From positions 1-64,000 of IMG/VR virus record IMGVR_UViG_3300032116_000004: a stretch of DNA of 64,000 nucleotides; one strand, given 5' to 3'. A program made the position numbers and the translations under genes. Every line of letters begins with the position of its first letter. Position 1 is the stretch's first letter. The notes under the pieces were generated by a model. It was not told the DNA's origin. It searched no databases and saw only the letters and a program-made list of their open reading frames with translations. Shown here one piece after another: positions 1-9,936 of this stretch.

Positions 1-57
1 CAGATACGGTTATTGTGGGACTGTTTGGAATATCTCAAAGTAAAGGAACTGGTATGA
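1..57 (+). CDS. 3' end of upstream hypothetical protein (partial)
   Basis: Frame 1 reads QIRLLWDCLEYLKVKELV*, ending in an ATGA overlap with the ATG at 54. Confidence 0.5.
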   Translation, partial: QIRLLWDCLEYLKVKELV

Positions 58-698
58 TCATAGGAGTATGCGGATTCATAGGTTCAGGCAAAGATACCAT
101 CGCTGATTATCTTGTGAACATACATCAATTCCGTAGAGAAAGTTTCGCCAACACGCTGAAAGATGCCTGTGCGGCTGTGTTTGGCTGGGATCGCACCATG
201 CTGGAAGGGCGCACCAAACAGGCCCGAGAGTGGCGTGAACAAGTGGATGAGTGGTGGTCAAAGCGTCTTGGACAAGTGATCACACCACGTTGGGTGCTAC
301 AGTATTGGGGCACCGAAGTGTGCCGTCGGGCTTTCCATGACGATATCTGGATTGCCAGCCTTGAAAACAAACTGCGCACATCACAGGATGATGTGGTGAT
401 TTCTGACTGTCGTTTCCCTAATGAGATTAGTGCTATCCGGGCCCAGGGCGGCATAGTTATCCGTGTGGTCCGCGGGCCAGAGCCCGAATGGTATGCAGTG
501 GCCCAACAGGCCAATCTCGGCACAAATGGAGCATCTCAGATGCTAGGTAGCATAGGAATACATGCCAGTGAAACTGCCTGGGTGGGCACGGAATTCGATG
601 CAGTGATAGACAACAACGGCACCATGGACCAACTGTTCCAGCAGATCACCGATCTTCTTCGAGATCTCCGCGTCGCCAAGGCAAGTCCTCTCTCATGA
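54..698 (+). CDS. deoxynucleoside monophosphate kinase (T4 gp1-like)
   Basis: MIIGVCGFIGSGKDT P-loop, SFA..LK, R.VLQ..GTE, ISDCRFPNE and HASE motifs; start at ATG 54 by ATGA coupling. Confidence 0.9.
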   Translation: MIIGVCGFIGSGKDTIADYLVNIHQFRRESFANTLKDACAAVFGWDRTMLEGRTKQAREWREQVDEWWSKRLGQVITPRWVLQYWGTEVCRRAFHDDIWIASLENKLRTSQDDVVISDCRFPNEISAIRAQGGIVIRVVRGPEPEWYAVAQQANLGTNGASQMLGSIGIHASETAWVGTEFDAVIDNNGTMDQLFQQITDLLRDLRVAKASPLS

Positions 699-993
699 TC
701 TCGGCTGTGCAATTAAGGCACACGCTACGGAGATTACGCAGTTCAGAGTTGTTGAGATTACCATCTACATGATATACTAGAGTCTGAGACTGGACTTTGG
801 CGCGGAATCCACAGCGGTCACAGATCATTTTTTTCTTGTATCCTGCCTGTTTCCATCTGGGTTCTGTTGGTTTTTGCCGACGATCTTTCCTGATGCAGTT
901 GTCGCAACGACTACGATAGTAGATCTTATCGCCACGATAGCAATTCACGGCAGATGGTCGTTTGTTGCAGGCTTTGCACAGGGGTCTTGACAT
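646..993 (-). CDS. small zinc-binding HNH-family endonuclease-like protein
   Basis: CxxC pairs plus HVDGNLNNSELRNLRSVCLNC HNH-like core; TAAATA motif 5 nt before the ATG. Confidence 0.7.
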   Translation of the reverse strand: MSRPLCKACNKRPSAVNCYRGDKIYYRSRCDNCIRKDRRQKPTEPRWKQAGYKKKMICDRCGFRAKVQSQTLVYHVDGNLNNSELRNLRSVCLNCTAEIMREDLPWRRGDLEEDR

Positions 994-998
994 GCAGA

Positions 999-1004
999 TA
1001 TTTA
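999..1004 (-). promoter_or_regulatory. late promoter-like TAAATA
   Basis: TATTTA on + strand, 5 nt upstream of minus-strand ATG 993; resembles the T4 late promoter TATAAATA. Confidence 0.6.
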
Positions 1005-1056
1005 AGCAAAACCTTAGGTAAGGGCAAGGTTAGATGGTGGTTTTGGTGTGTGCCGC

Positions 1057-1062
1057 TAAATA
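1057..1062 (+). promoter_or_regulatory. late promoter-like TAAATA for tail sheath
   Basis: TAAATA followed by AAGGA RBS and ATG 1091. Confidence 0.65.
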
Positions 1063-1090
1063 TCAATAGCACTTTTAAAGGAACAGACAC

Positions 1091-4000
1091 ATGGCACTAC
1101 TTAGCCCAGGCGTAGAAGTTACGATCATAGATGAATCCAACTATCTACCAGCTCCTACAAATTCAGTACCATTTATCTTGATAGCCACAGCGCAAAACAA
1201 GATCAGTGGTAGCGGTGTTGGCGTGGCTGCCGGCACCACAGAGGTCAACGCAAATCGAGTTTATTTAATCTCTAGCCAAAGAGATTTGGTCAACACATTT
1301 GGTAACCCATTCTTCTACAAAACCACAGCAGGCACACCAATCAATGGTTATGAACTTAACGAATACGGTCTGCTCGCAGCCTATTCTGTTCTAGGCATTT
1401 CCAATCGTGCATACGTCCAGCGTGCCAACATTGACTTGAGCGAACTCACAGCCAGTTTGACACGCCCCACAGGTGCACCCAACAACGGTGACTATTGGTT
1501 AGATACATCGGCCACTGTCTGGGGTATTTCTGAGTGGAGTTTCACTACCAACACATTTACCAACAAGACACCCATAGTGATCACATCAGCAGATGACTTG
1601 ATAGATCCATTGGACACTACCACTGCTCCTTTGGACAGCATCGGTAACATCGGTGACTATGCTGTGGTAGCCGTGAATGCCAACAACTATACCTATTTCA
1701 AATCTCCAGGTAACACTGTCAGTGATCCAGTGGTTGCTGCCAATACCTGGGTGTTAGTGGGGTCAGATGATTGGAAAAACTCATGGCCCTCAGTGATAGG
1801 AACCCAAACCAATCCCACATTGACCAATGCACAAAGCATTTACCTCAATGATCAGTTGGTTACTATCGCTGGAACCACGGTCACTGCCATGGCCTCGGCA
1901 ATCAATGCAGCCAACGTTCCTGGCATCAGTGCCAAGAATGTCAGTGGCAAGTTGGAAATCTACATCGATTCCAACGGATCCAATGATGGATCCACTGATG
2001 ATGGCAACGGTATCCTTGACATAGCCAACGGCACAGGAACTCTGTTGACCGATCTAGGAATCACACCACGCATCTACTATGCACCTGTGCTACAACAGAG
2101 TCCAAACTACACAGTTCCACGCTGGAGGACCACTGACACTGAGCCACATCCAACTGGTTCGGTATGGAACAAGACCAATACAGTAAACCAAGGTGCGGAT
2201 CTCGCAGTGAAGAAATATGATTCCACATTGGGACTGTTTGTGCAACAGAGTTGTCCACTTTATGCCAACGATCAGAGCGCAAACAAGGCTCTAGATCCGG
2301 CTGGTGGTGGTCGCAACATCACAGCAGGTTCGACCTATGCTCAATATGATGTGGACGAAGACTTCACATTCACTATCAAGATCCTTGAGCGTCTGGCCAG
2401 CGGTAACACAATCATCATTGGTGACGACACATCACCAACATTTGTCAACGGCGAACAGTTCACTATCTCCTGGAGCGTGAAAAACAGTGATACACTGACC
2501 ACCGCGGTCACAGCCACGCTGGGCGGAACCACAGCGGCAGATTTTGTCACAGCATTTTTGGCCGCTATACCATCCGGTGCTCCAGTCACAGCAGGCGTGA
2601 CATCAGATGGCGCCATCCAGATACAGCACACCCAAGGTGGTAGCATCGTGCTTGAAGACACATCCGGCACACCCGTGGCAGATGCAGGTATCAATACATC
2701 AGTCACTGGAGTGCGAGCAGGTGTGAGCAATCAGTTGATCCTATCTAACTGGGTAGGTGCACCCACATTCACATACACTGCCAGCGACGTGGCACCTAGC
2801 CAAGATCCTGCTGATGGACGCTTGTGGTATTATTCTGCCACAGATCAAGTTGACATCATGATCAATAGTGGCAATGCCTGGGTTGGATATCGCACACTCA
2901 GCAATGATGTGCGCGGTTACAATTTGACACAGACAGATCCCGCTGGACCAATCATTTCTGTCACAGCACCCACTGTGCAAAGTGACGATACTCCACTGGT
3001 CTATGGTGATCTCTGGATCGACACCAGCGATCTTGAACTGTATCCAGTGATCAAGCGTTGGCAATCAGTAGACGGTGCAGATCAATGGGTATTGATCGAC
3101 AACACCGACCAGACCACCGAAAATGGTGTGCTGTTCGCTGACTTCCGTTGGGCTACCAACGGTGACACAGATCCTATCACTGCTCCAATTCCAACCATAA
3201 CCAGTTTGCTGGCCAGCTCGTATCTGGATCCAGATGCACCTGAGTATACATTGTATCCTGCAGGCATGTTGGCATTCAACCTGCGTCGTTCAGGATTCAA
3301 CGTCAAGAGCTTCCAGGTAGATTACTTCAATGCCACTGACTATCCTGATTTCACAGGCACAGTCACTGATGCATGGGTCACTGCCAGCGGATTGAAAAAC
3401 GATGGATCACCTTACATGGGTCGCAAAGCAGTGCGGAACATGGTGGTGCAGGCCATGAAATCATCGATAGATGGCAATCAAGATCTGCGCGAAGAACAAC
3501 GCCAGTTCAATTTGATCGCCACACCCAACTATCCAGAATTGATAGTGAATATGATAGCACTCAACAATGAGCGCAACAACACAGCGTTTGTAGTTGGTGA
3601 CACACCAATGCGCTTGCCTGACACAGCCGACGCTATCACTGCATGGGCGACCAATGCTGGTGGTGCTGGTTTAGACGGAGAAGATGGACTGGTCACAGCT
3701 GATGCGTATCTTGGCACGTTCTATCCATCATGCCAAACCACAGATTTGACTGGTGGCACAGTGGTGCAACCGCCCAGCCATATGATGTTGCGCACTATCC
3801 TGCGTAGCGACGAAGTTTCGTTCCCATGGTTGGCACCTGCCGGCACACGCCGCGGTGTGGTTGACAATGCGTTTTCGTTGGGATATGTCAATGCCCAGAC
3901 CGGACAGTTTATCTCAACAGCGATCCGTCAAAGCATACGTGATACCTTGTATGAAAACAAGATCAACCCGATCACGTTCATACCTGGCACGGGCATAACC

Positions 4001-4384
4001 AACTACGGTAACAAGACCGAAGCTGCAACACCGTCGGCACTGGATCGTATCAATGTGGCACGTTTGATTGCATTCTTGCGTGGACGCCTTGAAACCATTG
4101 GCAAGAGCTTTGTGTTTGAACCCAATGATCAGATCACTCGTGATGAGATATCCAATGCTATCTCTAACTTGTTGAACGATCTTGTGGCCAAGCGTGGTGT
4201 TTACGACTACCTGGTTGTGTGTGATGAATCAAACAACACACCGGCTCGTATCGATCGCAACGAACTCTATGTTGACATCGCAATCGAGCCTGTGAAAGCA
4301 GTTGAATTCATCTACATACCGGTTCGTATCAAGAACACAGGTGAGATTGCCGCAGGCGATGTTGCTACCGCAAGCACCGTCTAA
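1091..4384 (+). CDS. contractile tail sheath protein (gp18-like) with large inserted domains
   Basis: N-terminal LSPGVEVTIIDES; C-terminal PWLAPAG..RG, LYENKINPI, DRINVARL, FEPND, VCDESNNTP..IDRNEL..DIAIEPVKAVEFIYI. Confidence 0.95.
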   Translation: MALLSPGVEVTIIDESNYLPAPTNSVPFILIATAQNKISGSGVGVAAGTTEVNANRVYLISSQRDLVNTFGNPFFYKTTAGTPINGYELNEYGLLAAYSVLGISNRAYVQRANIDLSELTASLTRPTGAPNNGDYWLDTSATVWGISEWSFTTNTFTNKTPIVITSADDLIDPLDTTTAPLDSIGNIGDYAVVAVNANNYTYFKSPGNTVSDPVVAANTWVLVGSDDWKNSWPSVIGTQTNPTLTNAQSIYLNDQLVTIAGTTVTAMASAINAANVPGISAKNVSGKLEIYIDSNGSNDGSTDDGNGILDIANGTGTLLTDLGITPRIYYAPVLQQSPNYTVPRWRTTDTEPHPTGSVWNKTNTVNQGADLAVKKYDSTLGLFVQQSCPLYANDQSANKALDPAGGGRNITAGSTYAQYDVDEDFTFTIKILERLASGNTIIIGDDTSPTFVNGEQFTISWSVKNSDTLTTAVTATLGGTTAADFVTAFLAAIPSGAPVTAGVTSDGAIQIQHTQGGSIVLEDTSGTPVADAGINTSVTGVRAGVSNQLILSNWVGAPTFTYTASDVAPSQDPADGRLWYYSATDQVDIMINSGNAWVGYRTLSNDVRGYNLTQTDPAGPIISVTAPTVQSDDTPLVYGDLWIDTSDLELYPVIKRWQSVDGADQWVLIDNTDQTTENGVLFADFRWATNGDTDPITAPIPTITSLLASSYLDPDAPEYTLYPAGMLAFNLRRSGFNVKSFQVDYFNATDYPDFTGTVTDAWVTASGLKNDGSPYMGRKAVRNMVVQAMKSSIDGNQDLREEQRQFNLIATPNYPELIVNMIALNNERNNTAFVVGDTPMRLPDTADAITAWATNAGGAGLDGEDGLVTADAYLGTFYPSCQTTDLTGGTVVQPPSHMMLRTILRSDEVSFPWLAPAGTRRGVVDNAFSLGYVNAQTGQFISTAIRQSIRDTLYENKINPITFIPGTGITNYGNKTEAATPSALDRINVARLIAFLRGRLETIGKSFVFEPNDQITRDEISNAISNLLNDLVAKRGVYDYLVVCDESNNTPARIDRNELYVDIAIEPVKAVEFIYIPVRIKNTGEIAAGDVATASTV

Positions 4385-4401
4385 CGGTATCGCTAGTGCA
4401 G

Positions 4402-4430
4402 AAAAATGGGGCTTTGGCCCCATTTTTTTT
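4402..4430 (+). terminator. rho-independent terminator after tail sheath
   Basis: AAAAATGGGGC-TTTG-GCCCCATTTTTTTT hairpin plus T-run. Confidence 0.85.
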
Positions 4431-4444
4431 GATCTCATCTCAGA

Positions 4445-4450
4445 TAAATA
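4445..4450 (+). promoter_or_regulatory. late promoter-like TAAATA for tail tube
   Basis: TAAATA then AGGAG RBS and ATG 4478. Confidence 0.65.
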
Positions 4451-4477
4451 ATTGCAATAAGGATTCAGGAGACCAGT

Positions 4478-5095
4478 ATGTCTATCGCATCATTGAACAG
4501 AATGACAGTGCCGTTGGCAAGTGATCAGTCAAGCCCAACCCAGGGTTTGCTGATGCCCAAACTCAAGTATCGCTTCAGAGTGGTGTTTGAGAATCTTGGC
4601 GTAAGCACACCAAGAACTGAACTCACCAAACAGGTGATCAGTTTCACACGCCCTACAATCAACTTTCCAGAGATTGAAGTGCCGGTATATAACAGCACCA
4701 TCTATCTCGCAGGCAAATACAATTGGGAAGCTGTCACATGTGAATTGCGTGACGATGCCGGTGGCAACGTTTCTAAACTGGTTGGCGAACAACTGCAGAA
4801 GCAGTTGGATTTCGTAGAGCAGGCTTCAGCCGCTTCAGGTATCGACTACAAATTCACCACACGCTGTGAAATACTGGACGGTGGTAATGGTGCGTTTGCG
4901 CCCAACGTGCTTGAAACTTGGGAACTGTATGGTTGCTACTTGAGCACAGTGAACTACAACGATTTGAACTACGGTGAGAGTGCCGCAGTCACAGTTTCCA
5001 TGACCTTGCGTTATGACAATGCCATCCAGACACCGATTGGTTCTGGTGTTGGTGCCACAGTAGGTAGAACACTGGGCGACGTAGTAACCGGCTAA
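4478..5095 (+). CDS. tail tube protein (gp19-like)
   Basis: Follows sheath; PKLKYRFRV, YLAGK..W, WELYGCY, L.YDNA tube-type motifs; 205 aa. Confidence 0.85.
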   Translation: MSIASLNRMTVPLASDQSSPTQGLLMPKLKYRFRVVFENLGVSTPRTELTKQVISFTRPTINFPEIEVPVYNSTIYLAGKYNWEAVTCELRDDAGGNVSKLVGEQLQKQLDFVEQASAASGIDYKFTTRCEILDGGNGAFAPNVLETWELYGCYLSTVNYNDLNYGESAAVTVSMTLRYDNAIQTPIGSGVGATVGRTLGDVVTG

Positions 5096-5101
5096 TCAAT
5101 C

Positions 5102-6370
5102 ATGGCCTTTGGAGCGGACTTCCTCAAGGGGTTCTTTGGAAGCGACTATCTAAAGGACTACACACACGCCAGCAAGACTTTCCGTGCCAACGGATATGAG
5201 CTGGCGCCTCGTTTTAAATATCTCTTCCATGTCTACTTTAATCTCAACACCATTGAAATCCCCAAGTTGGCCGAAGTGTTCAATCGCCAGGAACGAGACA
5301 ACATTGGACTATTGGTAAAAACAGCACAACTTCCCAACTACAACATCGAAGTTGACACAATGAATCAATACAATCGCAAGCGATTGGTCCAGAAGCGCAT
5401 AGACTACAACCCTTGCCAAATCGTGTTCCACGATGATGGCAGCGATCTGGTGCGGAGCCTGTGGTATAACTATTTCGCATACTACTACAAAGATCCTACC
5501 CAACAATATTGGGGTGTGCCCGTCACACAAGGCAGCGCCGGCCAGAGCGGCAACGGCGGTGATCCCAAACTCAGTTACAACGGTCGAGACATCTACAACG
5601 ATCAACGCACTGTGAACGACTGGGGTTATGTTGGTGAGTCCTACAGTGATGGTGTGTCGGCACCCAATGGCAAACCACCATTCTTCCGCGACATCACCAT
5701 ATATGGCATGAGCCAGCATGATTTCTGCGCCTATGTTTTGATCAACCCCATGATCACCGATTTCCGGCATGACACCTATGATTACAGCCAAAACACCGGC
5801 ACCATGGAACATCAGATGACCTTGCGTTACGAGACAGTGAAATACTATCAAGGCAAGATCGATACTTCTCGGCCCAGTGCCAACATCAAAGGATTTGCCG
5901 ATCCATCACGCTACGACACAGTGCGCAGTCCTCTGGATCGGTTGGGCAACAACGCGACCATATTGGGACAGGGTGGTTTAGTAGACACAGTGGGAGGCAT
6001 AGTGAACGATCTACAGTCGGGTTCTGTATTGGGCATCATTGGTGCCGTGCAAAAAGCCGGCACTGCCTATCAGACTTTCAAAGGCAAAAATCTCCAGAGC
6101 ATAGTGCGCAATGAAGCCAATGCCGTGGTGCAGGATGTGATCCGAGGGCAGTTACCAGGCGCTGTGAGACAAACAGCCAACGCCGCCGACGGATTTTTCT
6201 TCCCCAAAGTTCCGGTGCAACAGAATTCCACTACCACTGATCCGGCTTCGCCGAGAACAGCCGAACCTACTCTGTCAGGACCTACTACCCAGGCAGTGCC
6301 TACAGAATTCACACGCACTGGTAGGACCATACAGCCTGTAAATCAACAAGTAAATAACAACATACGATGA
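5102..6370 (+). CDS. tail tube-like baseplate protein (gp48/gp54-like)
   Basis: Tube-like motifs (LVKTAQLP, NQYNRKR..Q..IDY, FHDD, MTLRYE); position after tube gene. Confidence 0.6.
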   Translation: MAFGADFLKGFFGSDYLKDYTHASKTFRANGYELAPRFKYLFHVYFNLNTIEIPKLAEVFNRQERDNIGLLVKTAQLPNYNIEVDTMNQYNRKRLVQKRIDYNPCQIVFHDDGSDLVRSLWYNYFAYYYKDPTQQYWGVPVTQGSAGQSGNGGDPKLSYNGRDIYNDQRTVNDWGYVGESYSDGVSAPNGKPPFFRDITIYGMSQHDFCAYVLINPMITDFRHDTYDYSQNTGTMEHQMTLRYETVKYYQGKIDTSRPSANIKGFADPSRYDTVRSPLDRLGNNATILGQGGLVDTVGGIVNDLQSGSVLGIIGAVQKAGTAYQTFKGKNLQSIVRNEANAVVQDVIRGQLPGAVRQTANAADGFFFPKVPVQQNSTTTDPASPRTAEPTLSGPTTQAVPTEFTRTGRTIQPVNQQVNNNIR

Positions 6371-6726
6371 GCACAGTAAACTATACCGATCCAAGACTTG
6401 ACATGACTGTCAGGGTGTTTGATAATTTTTACGAATTTGCCGTAGAAGTTCCTGTGGATCAATACGATGCGGTCTACAGTTATTTTGCTAGGATTTTCAA
6501 AGACAAGACCGCAGCCAAAAATTTTACAGTGAGTCTGTTCCAGGTAGCAGATTACAGTAGACGTCCTGTGCTGGAATTGCTCCAAGAAATACAAGGACAA
6601 GACCAGTTACAATTGACATCTACCTTGTGTTACTATCTCAACAACCAAAGAAGCAACGCCACGCTGTTGGGTGTGAATGCCGTGGTGCAACCTAACTTCT
6701 ATGCGGCCCGCAATGTGTTACCATGA
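6367..6726 (+). CDS. hypothetical protein
   Basis: ATGA-coupled ORF in structural operon; TAAATA at 6351. Confidence 0.7.
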   Translation: MSTVNYTDPRLDMTVRVFDNFYEFAVEVPVDQYDAVYSYFARIFKDKTAAKNFTVSLFQVADYSRRPVLELLQEIQGQDQLQLTSTLCYYLNNQRSNATLLGVNAVVQPNFYAARNVLP

Positions 6727-7157
6727 GCCGCAACTATGCACAGGGATTTTTTGAAGTCCGCAATCCCAACAAATATCTAGGCAAAGGCCGACCCAAATAT
6801 CGTTCGGGTTGGGAACATGCTTTCATGCGTTTCTGTGACAACAACGATTCCATAGTGGGATGGGCCAGCGAGAGCATTGCTATCCCATATCGCAATCCGC
6901 TCACAGGCAAAATGACCAACTATATTCCTGATTTCTTGGTGCAATATCGCACCCGAGACAGCAGAGTGATCACTGAACTGATCGAAATCAAGCCCAAAAA
7001 GCAAAGCATCCTGGAAAGCAAGGCCAGTGCCCGTGACCGTGCCATAGTGGCAGTGAACTACGCCAAATGGGATGCCGCTTCGAAGTGGTGCCGCCGCCAA
7101 GGCATCCAGTTCCGGGTGATAACCGAAGACGACATCTTCCGCAACGGTAAAAAATAA
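6723..7157 (+). CDS. head completion protein (T4 gp4-like, TnsA-like nuclease fold)
   Basis: NPNKY.G, YRSGWE..FMRFCD, WASE...IPY, Y.PDF, IEIKP, N.AKW.AA, F.VITE. Confidence 0.88.
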   Translation: MSRNYAQGFFEVRNPNKYLGKGRPKYRSGWEHAFMRFCDNNDSIVGWASESIAIPYRNPLTGKMTNYIPDFLVQYRTRDSRVITELIEIKPKKQSILESKASARDRAIVAVNYAKWDAASKWCRRQGIQFRVITEDDIFRNGKK

Positions 7158-7171
7158 GCGGTAAATACCGC

Positions 7172-7654
7172 ATGACGAGAAAATTAGAAGAACTGTTTGA
7201 TCTGCCTCGCAAAGAGGATGAATCCATAGACGATCAAACTCCCTCTGAACCTGCCCTGCCTGTATTGCCCGAAACTCTGGCCACTCTTGACAAGATCGAG
7301 CAAGCATTGCCCGCTGTGCGAGGCCTGGAAGCATCAGACGAAGAAATGGACGAATTGGCCGGCAAGGCACGAGAAAGTTTTGACGATCTCATGGATCTGG
7401 GCATGCAGGTAGACAGCCGCTATGCATCAGAGATATTTTCCGTGGCCAGCACCATGCTGGGTCACGCTATCACGGCCAAAACAGCCAAGATGAACAAAAA
7501 ACTCAAGATGATACAGTTACAGATGCAGAAAGCCAAACTGGATCGCGAGTCCAACGACGGAGACATACCCGTCACAGGCACAGGGCATGTGCTGGATCGC
7601 AACGAAATGCTGGAACGCCTTGTGCGCCGCGAACAACCAAAGAAGCCAGAATAG
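7172..7654 (+). CDS. hypothetical helical protein (possible small terminase-like)
   Basis: Helical, acidic-to-basic 160 aa with DRNEML near the C-terminus; TAAATA 4 nt before ATG; function uncertain. Confidence 0.55.
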   Translation: MTRKLEELFDLPRKEDESIDDQTPSEPALPVLPETLATLDKIEQALPAVRGLEASDEEMDELAGKARESFDDLMDLGMQVDSRYASEIFSVASTMLGHAITAKTAKMNKKLKMIQLQMQKAKLDRESNDGDIPVTGTGHVLDRNEMLERLVRREQPKKPE

Positions 7655-7679
7655 GCTAAATATGATATAGGGGATTGAT

Positions 7680-8285
7680 ATGAAAACTTTTGCAGAATAC
7701 CTAACAGAATCAAAACACACGTATGATTATCGCATCAAGATAGCAGGAGACATGCCTGAGGGCTTTATGCCCGCATTCAAAGACAAGCTCAAGCAGTTTG
7801 ATGTAGTGTCAATGAGCGACGTGAAAAAAACACCTGTGCAGAAACAGCTCAAAGATTTCCCACAGTGCAACAATGAATCAATGACTTTCTTTGATGTTAC
7901 TTTCAACTATCCTGCAACACCTCCCCAAATCACCCAGATAGCTGAATTGCTGAAACTCAATCCCAACAACATTCTAATGCAAGACAAGAAATATGCAGAC
8001 AGCATGGATGAAGAGCGTGCCAAGCAAGATGTAGAAAACAAAAACGTCTTGACCGATACAGATTTTCCTGCGCCTGACAAACAGCAACGAGATCTCAAGA
8101 AAGATTACTCAGCCGCTCCCAAAGAACATCAGGTAGTGGTCAAGAACGCATACAAGAGCGATTTCACTGTGGCTGGTGGCAAGACACCGCCTGCTGTGAC
8201 TTCCAATGATTTCCCCATGGGAGACGTCAGCCCCGTGGGGACGAAACAAAACAAGATACCGGCTGTCCACAGCTCTGCCAGATAA
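7680..8285 (+). CDS. putative internal head protein
   Basis: N-terminus MKTFAEYLTES resembles the T4 capsid-targeting sequence; TAAATA at 7657. Confidence 0.6.
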   Translation: MKTFAEYLTESKHTYDYRIKIAGDMPEGFMPAFKDKLKQFDVVSMSDVKKTPVQKQLKDFPQCNNESMTFFDVTFNYPATPPQITQIAELLKLNPNNILMQDKKYADSMDEERAKQDVENKNVLTDTDFPAPDKQQRDLKKDYSAAPKEHQVVVKNAYKSDFTVAGGKTPPAVTSNDFPMGDVSPVGTKQNKIPAVHSSAR

Positions 8286-8295
8286 GGAAAACAAA

Positions 8296-9936
8296 ATGAA
8301 CAACATGTATGACATACTAGGTAAAATGAACTTGCTGGAAGGTCGTGGTTCCAAACCAGACTTTCTGGATCTGGACAAAGATGGCAACAAAACAGAACCA
8401 ATGAAGTCGGCGGCCAAAGAAGTAGACGAAGCATCCTATTCGGCCAAGGCCGCACGTGCCGGCAAAGACATCGGTAAACCTGGCAAGGCCTTTGCGCAGA
8501 TCGCAAAGTCAGCCGGTGAGCGATATGGTAGCAAAGAGCGTGGCGAGAAAGTGGCTGGCGCTGTGTTGGCCAAACTGCGCAAAACCAATGAAGATGACAT
8601 GGAAGAAGGCAACCGGTTCACAGGTAATCTTGCAAAAGCTCGTGCCGCTGGCAAGAAGATGGCCGACCTAGACGGTGACGGAGACATGGAACCAGTGCGC
8701 GAATATGAATTTGATGATCGCGATGACTTTGATCGCAGAGCCCGATCAGGCGACACAGTGAAAACAACCAAAGGCACGCTGAAGAAAACCGATCGCGGTG
8801 TGCAACACACACGTCGTCATGATGACGACAATACAGGCAGTGACGATGACTACGATGAGCACGGCAACCTCAAACCAGGCCGCAAAGATCCCAGTGCTGA
8901 AAAGCGTGGACGTGGCCGACCCAAGGGCACCAAGCATGCCATCGGTGCTAAAGGCCCCACAGGCAAGAGCAAATTGCTGAAAAAAGGTGCTATCAAAGAA
9001 GGCGATATTGATAGTATTAGTCTCGTAGATAAAGGTGAATACGATCGCGAAGGCGACATGGCCCGTGAACAGTTACACACGGTGATGGATGCAGCCAAAG
9101 AATTACACAGCATACTTGATGCAGATGAGAATTTACCAGAGTGGGTGCAGTCAAAGATCACCAAGGCCCTGGACTATCTTGACACAGCACGTGACTATGT
9201 CAAGGCCAGTGATGCTGAAGACGCAGAAGAAGTCATGCCCGAGCGCAAACTGTCAAAGCCTGAAATGGACAAGCGCGAAAAGTTTGTGAAGTCAATGAAG
9301 AAATCCAAAGGCGACTTTGAAAAGCGTTATGGCGAGCGTGGTGAAGAAGTGATGTATGCTACTGCCACCAAGATGGCCAAGAAAAAAGGCAAAGAGGAAA
9401 CTGAAGAGTCCACAGTGGCCGGATCAGTGGCCACGGCTCCTGCCACAGGAAAAGGGAAAAAAGGTATGATATTTGGTAAAGGCGTGTATGAAAGCCAGAT
9501 CACAGAAAGCTACAATCGCAGACTCAGCGAAGTGCTCACGGAAGGCATGAGCATCAACATGTCAGTGGGTGAAAACGGCGAAAAGAATCTGTCTGTGACA
9601 GCGTCAGATGACGATGCTGTAAAACTGGCACAGATACTGAAACTGGCTGGCATGGGGTCGGCTGGTGGCTACGAAGAAACATGCCCTGCATGCGGTTCCA
9701 CACCTTGTGGTTGCGAGCAAATGGCCGAAGGCCAAGAAGATGTGGCCAACGCACCCGAAGCAGAAACACAAACTGCAGACTACATGACCAAGACCATCGC
9801 AGGCGGTCTCAACAAGCAAAAACGTGACATAGCAGGCAACGGTCAGACCACTGTGCCTGTCACAGCAGTGCGTGTGCAAGAAGCCGAAGAACTTGAATCA
9901 CATTTGAGCAAACTGTATCAACAATACAAAGCATGA
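8296..9936 (+). CDS. large charged modular protein, putative prohead core/internal protein
   Basis: AAGGA RBS before ATG 8296; E/K/D-rich; repeated (L/I)xE-G/S motifs, DxDxDG motifs, RGRP motif. Confidence 0.65.
   Translation: MNNMYDILGKMNLLEGRGSKPDFLDLDKDGNKTEPMKSAAKEVDEASYSAKAARAGKDIGKPGKAFAQIAKSAGERYGSKERGEKVAGAVLAKLRKTNEDDMEEGNRFTGNLAKARAAGKKMADLDGDGDMEPVREYEFDDRDDFDRRARSGDTVKTTKGTLKKTDRGVQHTRRHDDDNTGSDDDYDEHGNLKPGRKDPSAEKRGRGRPKGTKHAIGAKGPTGKSKLLKKGAIKEGDIDSISLVDKGEYDREGDMAREQLHTVMDAAKELHSILDADENLPEWVQSKITKALDYLDTARDYVKASDAEDAEEVMPERKLSKPEMDKREKFVKSMKKSKGDFEKRYGERGEEVMYATATKMAKKKGKEETEESTVAGSVATAPATGKGKKGMIFGKGVYESQITESYNRRLSEVLTEGMSINMSVGENGEKNLSVTASDDDAVKLAQILKLAGMGSAGGYEETCPACGSTPCGCEQMAEGQEDVANAPEAETQTADYMTKTIAGGLNKQKRDIAGNGQTTVPVTAVRVQEAEELESHLSKLYQQYKA

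Noticed and set aside
6723-7157. TnsA transposase / Tn7-like element
   Set aside because: Motifs and structural-operon context match the T4 gp4 head completion protein; no other transposon genes or ends
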